NCBI GenBank assembly: GCA_044892525.1
Contig: CM097885.1
Span: 52,950,001 to 53,014,000, forward strand
Source: Schmidtea polychroa
Lineage: Eukaryota
Direction: 5' to 3'
DNA: 64,000 nucleotides
The notes below the pieces were generated by a model. That model saw nothing but the letters and a program-made list of their open reading frames with translations. It was not told the DNA's origin and made no database searches. Of this stretch, positions 63,301-64,000 are shown piece by piece. The stretch's first letter is position 1. Each line of letters begins with the position of its first letter. Position numbers and translations under genes: made by a program.

Positions 63301-64000
63301 AAATTAAATTAAAACTTAAAATGTATTGAATTACTTTATTTTTAGAAATGTTTATTGACTTTAATTTGTCAGATATTTTAGAACATGATGGTGAATAATC
63401 ATATTCATCAAAAGAATCCTTAATAAATATCAATGATAAACTAAAATCAAATGACACTATACTTCTAAATTTTTACATGATTTCATAGGCAGTGTCACTG
63501 GTTTTTCCATTAGCTTTTTAAAGTGAATAGGTGTTCCAAAATTATGAAGAAAGCTTTCTTCTTCTTCGATTGAAAATGTTTCGTTTAATGATATATTTAA
63601 ATTTTCTACCTAAAAGAAATATGAAGAGGTTTCTAATTTAATTTATCATAATTAGAAAAAATATTTTAATCAAATTACCATTTACAATTTTTGAAAAATT
63701 AAATTTTATTATAAAGACATAAATGAGCATTATTATAACAAATTTAGTTAATGCTGATATTAATTAATTAAAATATTAAAATTGAAATCTTTGTATTTAC
63801 CAAAGTTCTAAAGTATTTCAAACAATGAAGATTTTCTCATAATTGTTATATATTAGAATTTTAATTTCGATTTAAATTTGAAATATTTATAAAAAATAAT
63901 TTCACTCTTTCCTATTTATTACTAAAACTTGATTAGAATTGTGTGATATAATATTCATTTATGTTTGGTTTGTAGTTTGAACTGTTTCAGTAGTCATGGT

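Overview
Very AT-rich eukaryotic (animal-like) genomic DNA with many (AAT)n tracts and 33-49 nt GT-AG introns. The window is dominated by a cluster of Maverick/Polinton (polintovirus/adintovirus-type) elements. Two are complete, with AGTAGT...ACTACT termini, long TIRs and 6-bp TSDs. Pol-A spans 2786-17023 (TSD GGCCAG) and Pol-B spans 28511-46163 (TSD ATTAAT); they belong to different lineages. Three decayed relatives of Pol-B are also present: R0 (1-800), Pol-C (~18849-28270) and Pol-D (~52330-58600). Other elements are a pogo/Tigger remnant, a truncated hAT transposon, a hAT MITE, LTR-retroelement debris and a 5'-truncated Penelope element with a minimal hammerhead ribozyme. There are also a few probable host exons. 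Most notable: (1) the Pol-B family encodes a TATA-binding-protein-like gene, seen three times in the window. (2) Pol-B carries a spliced Bcl-2 homolog and a spliced IAP-type RING gene, and has about ten short spliceosomal introns, two at positions shared with Pol-D. (3) Pol-A has a doubled terminus inside each TIR, four tRNA-derived Pol III-like units, and an integrase fused to a parvovirus-type PLA2 domain. All assignments come from motif recognition by eye; no database searches were run.
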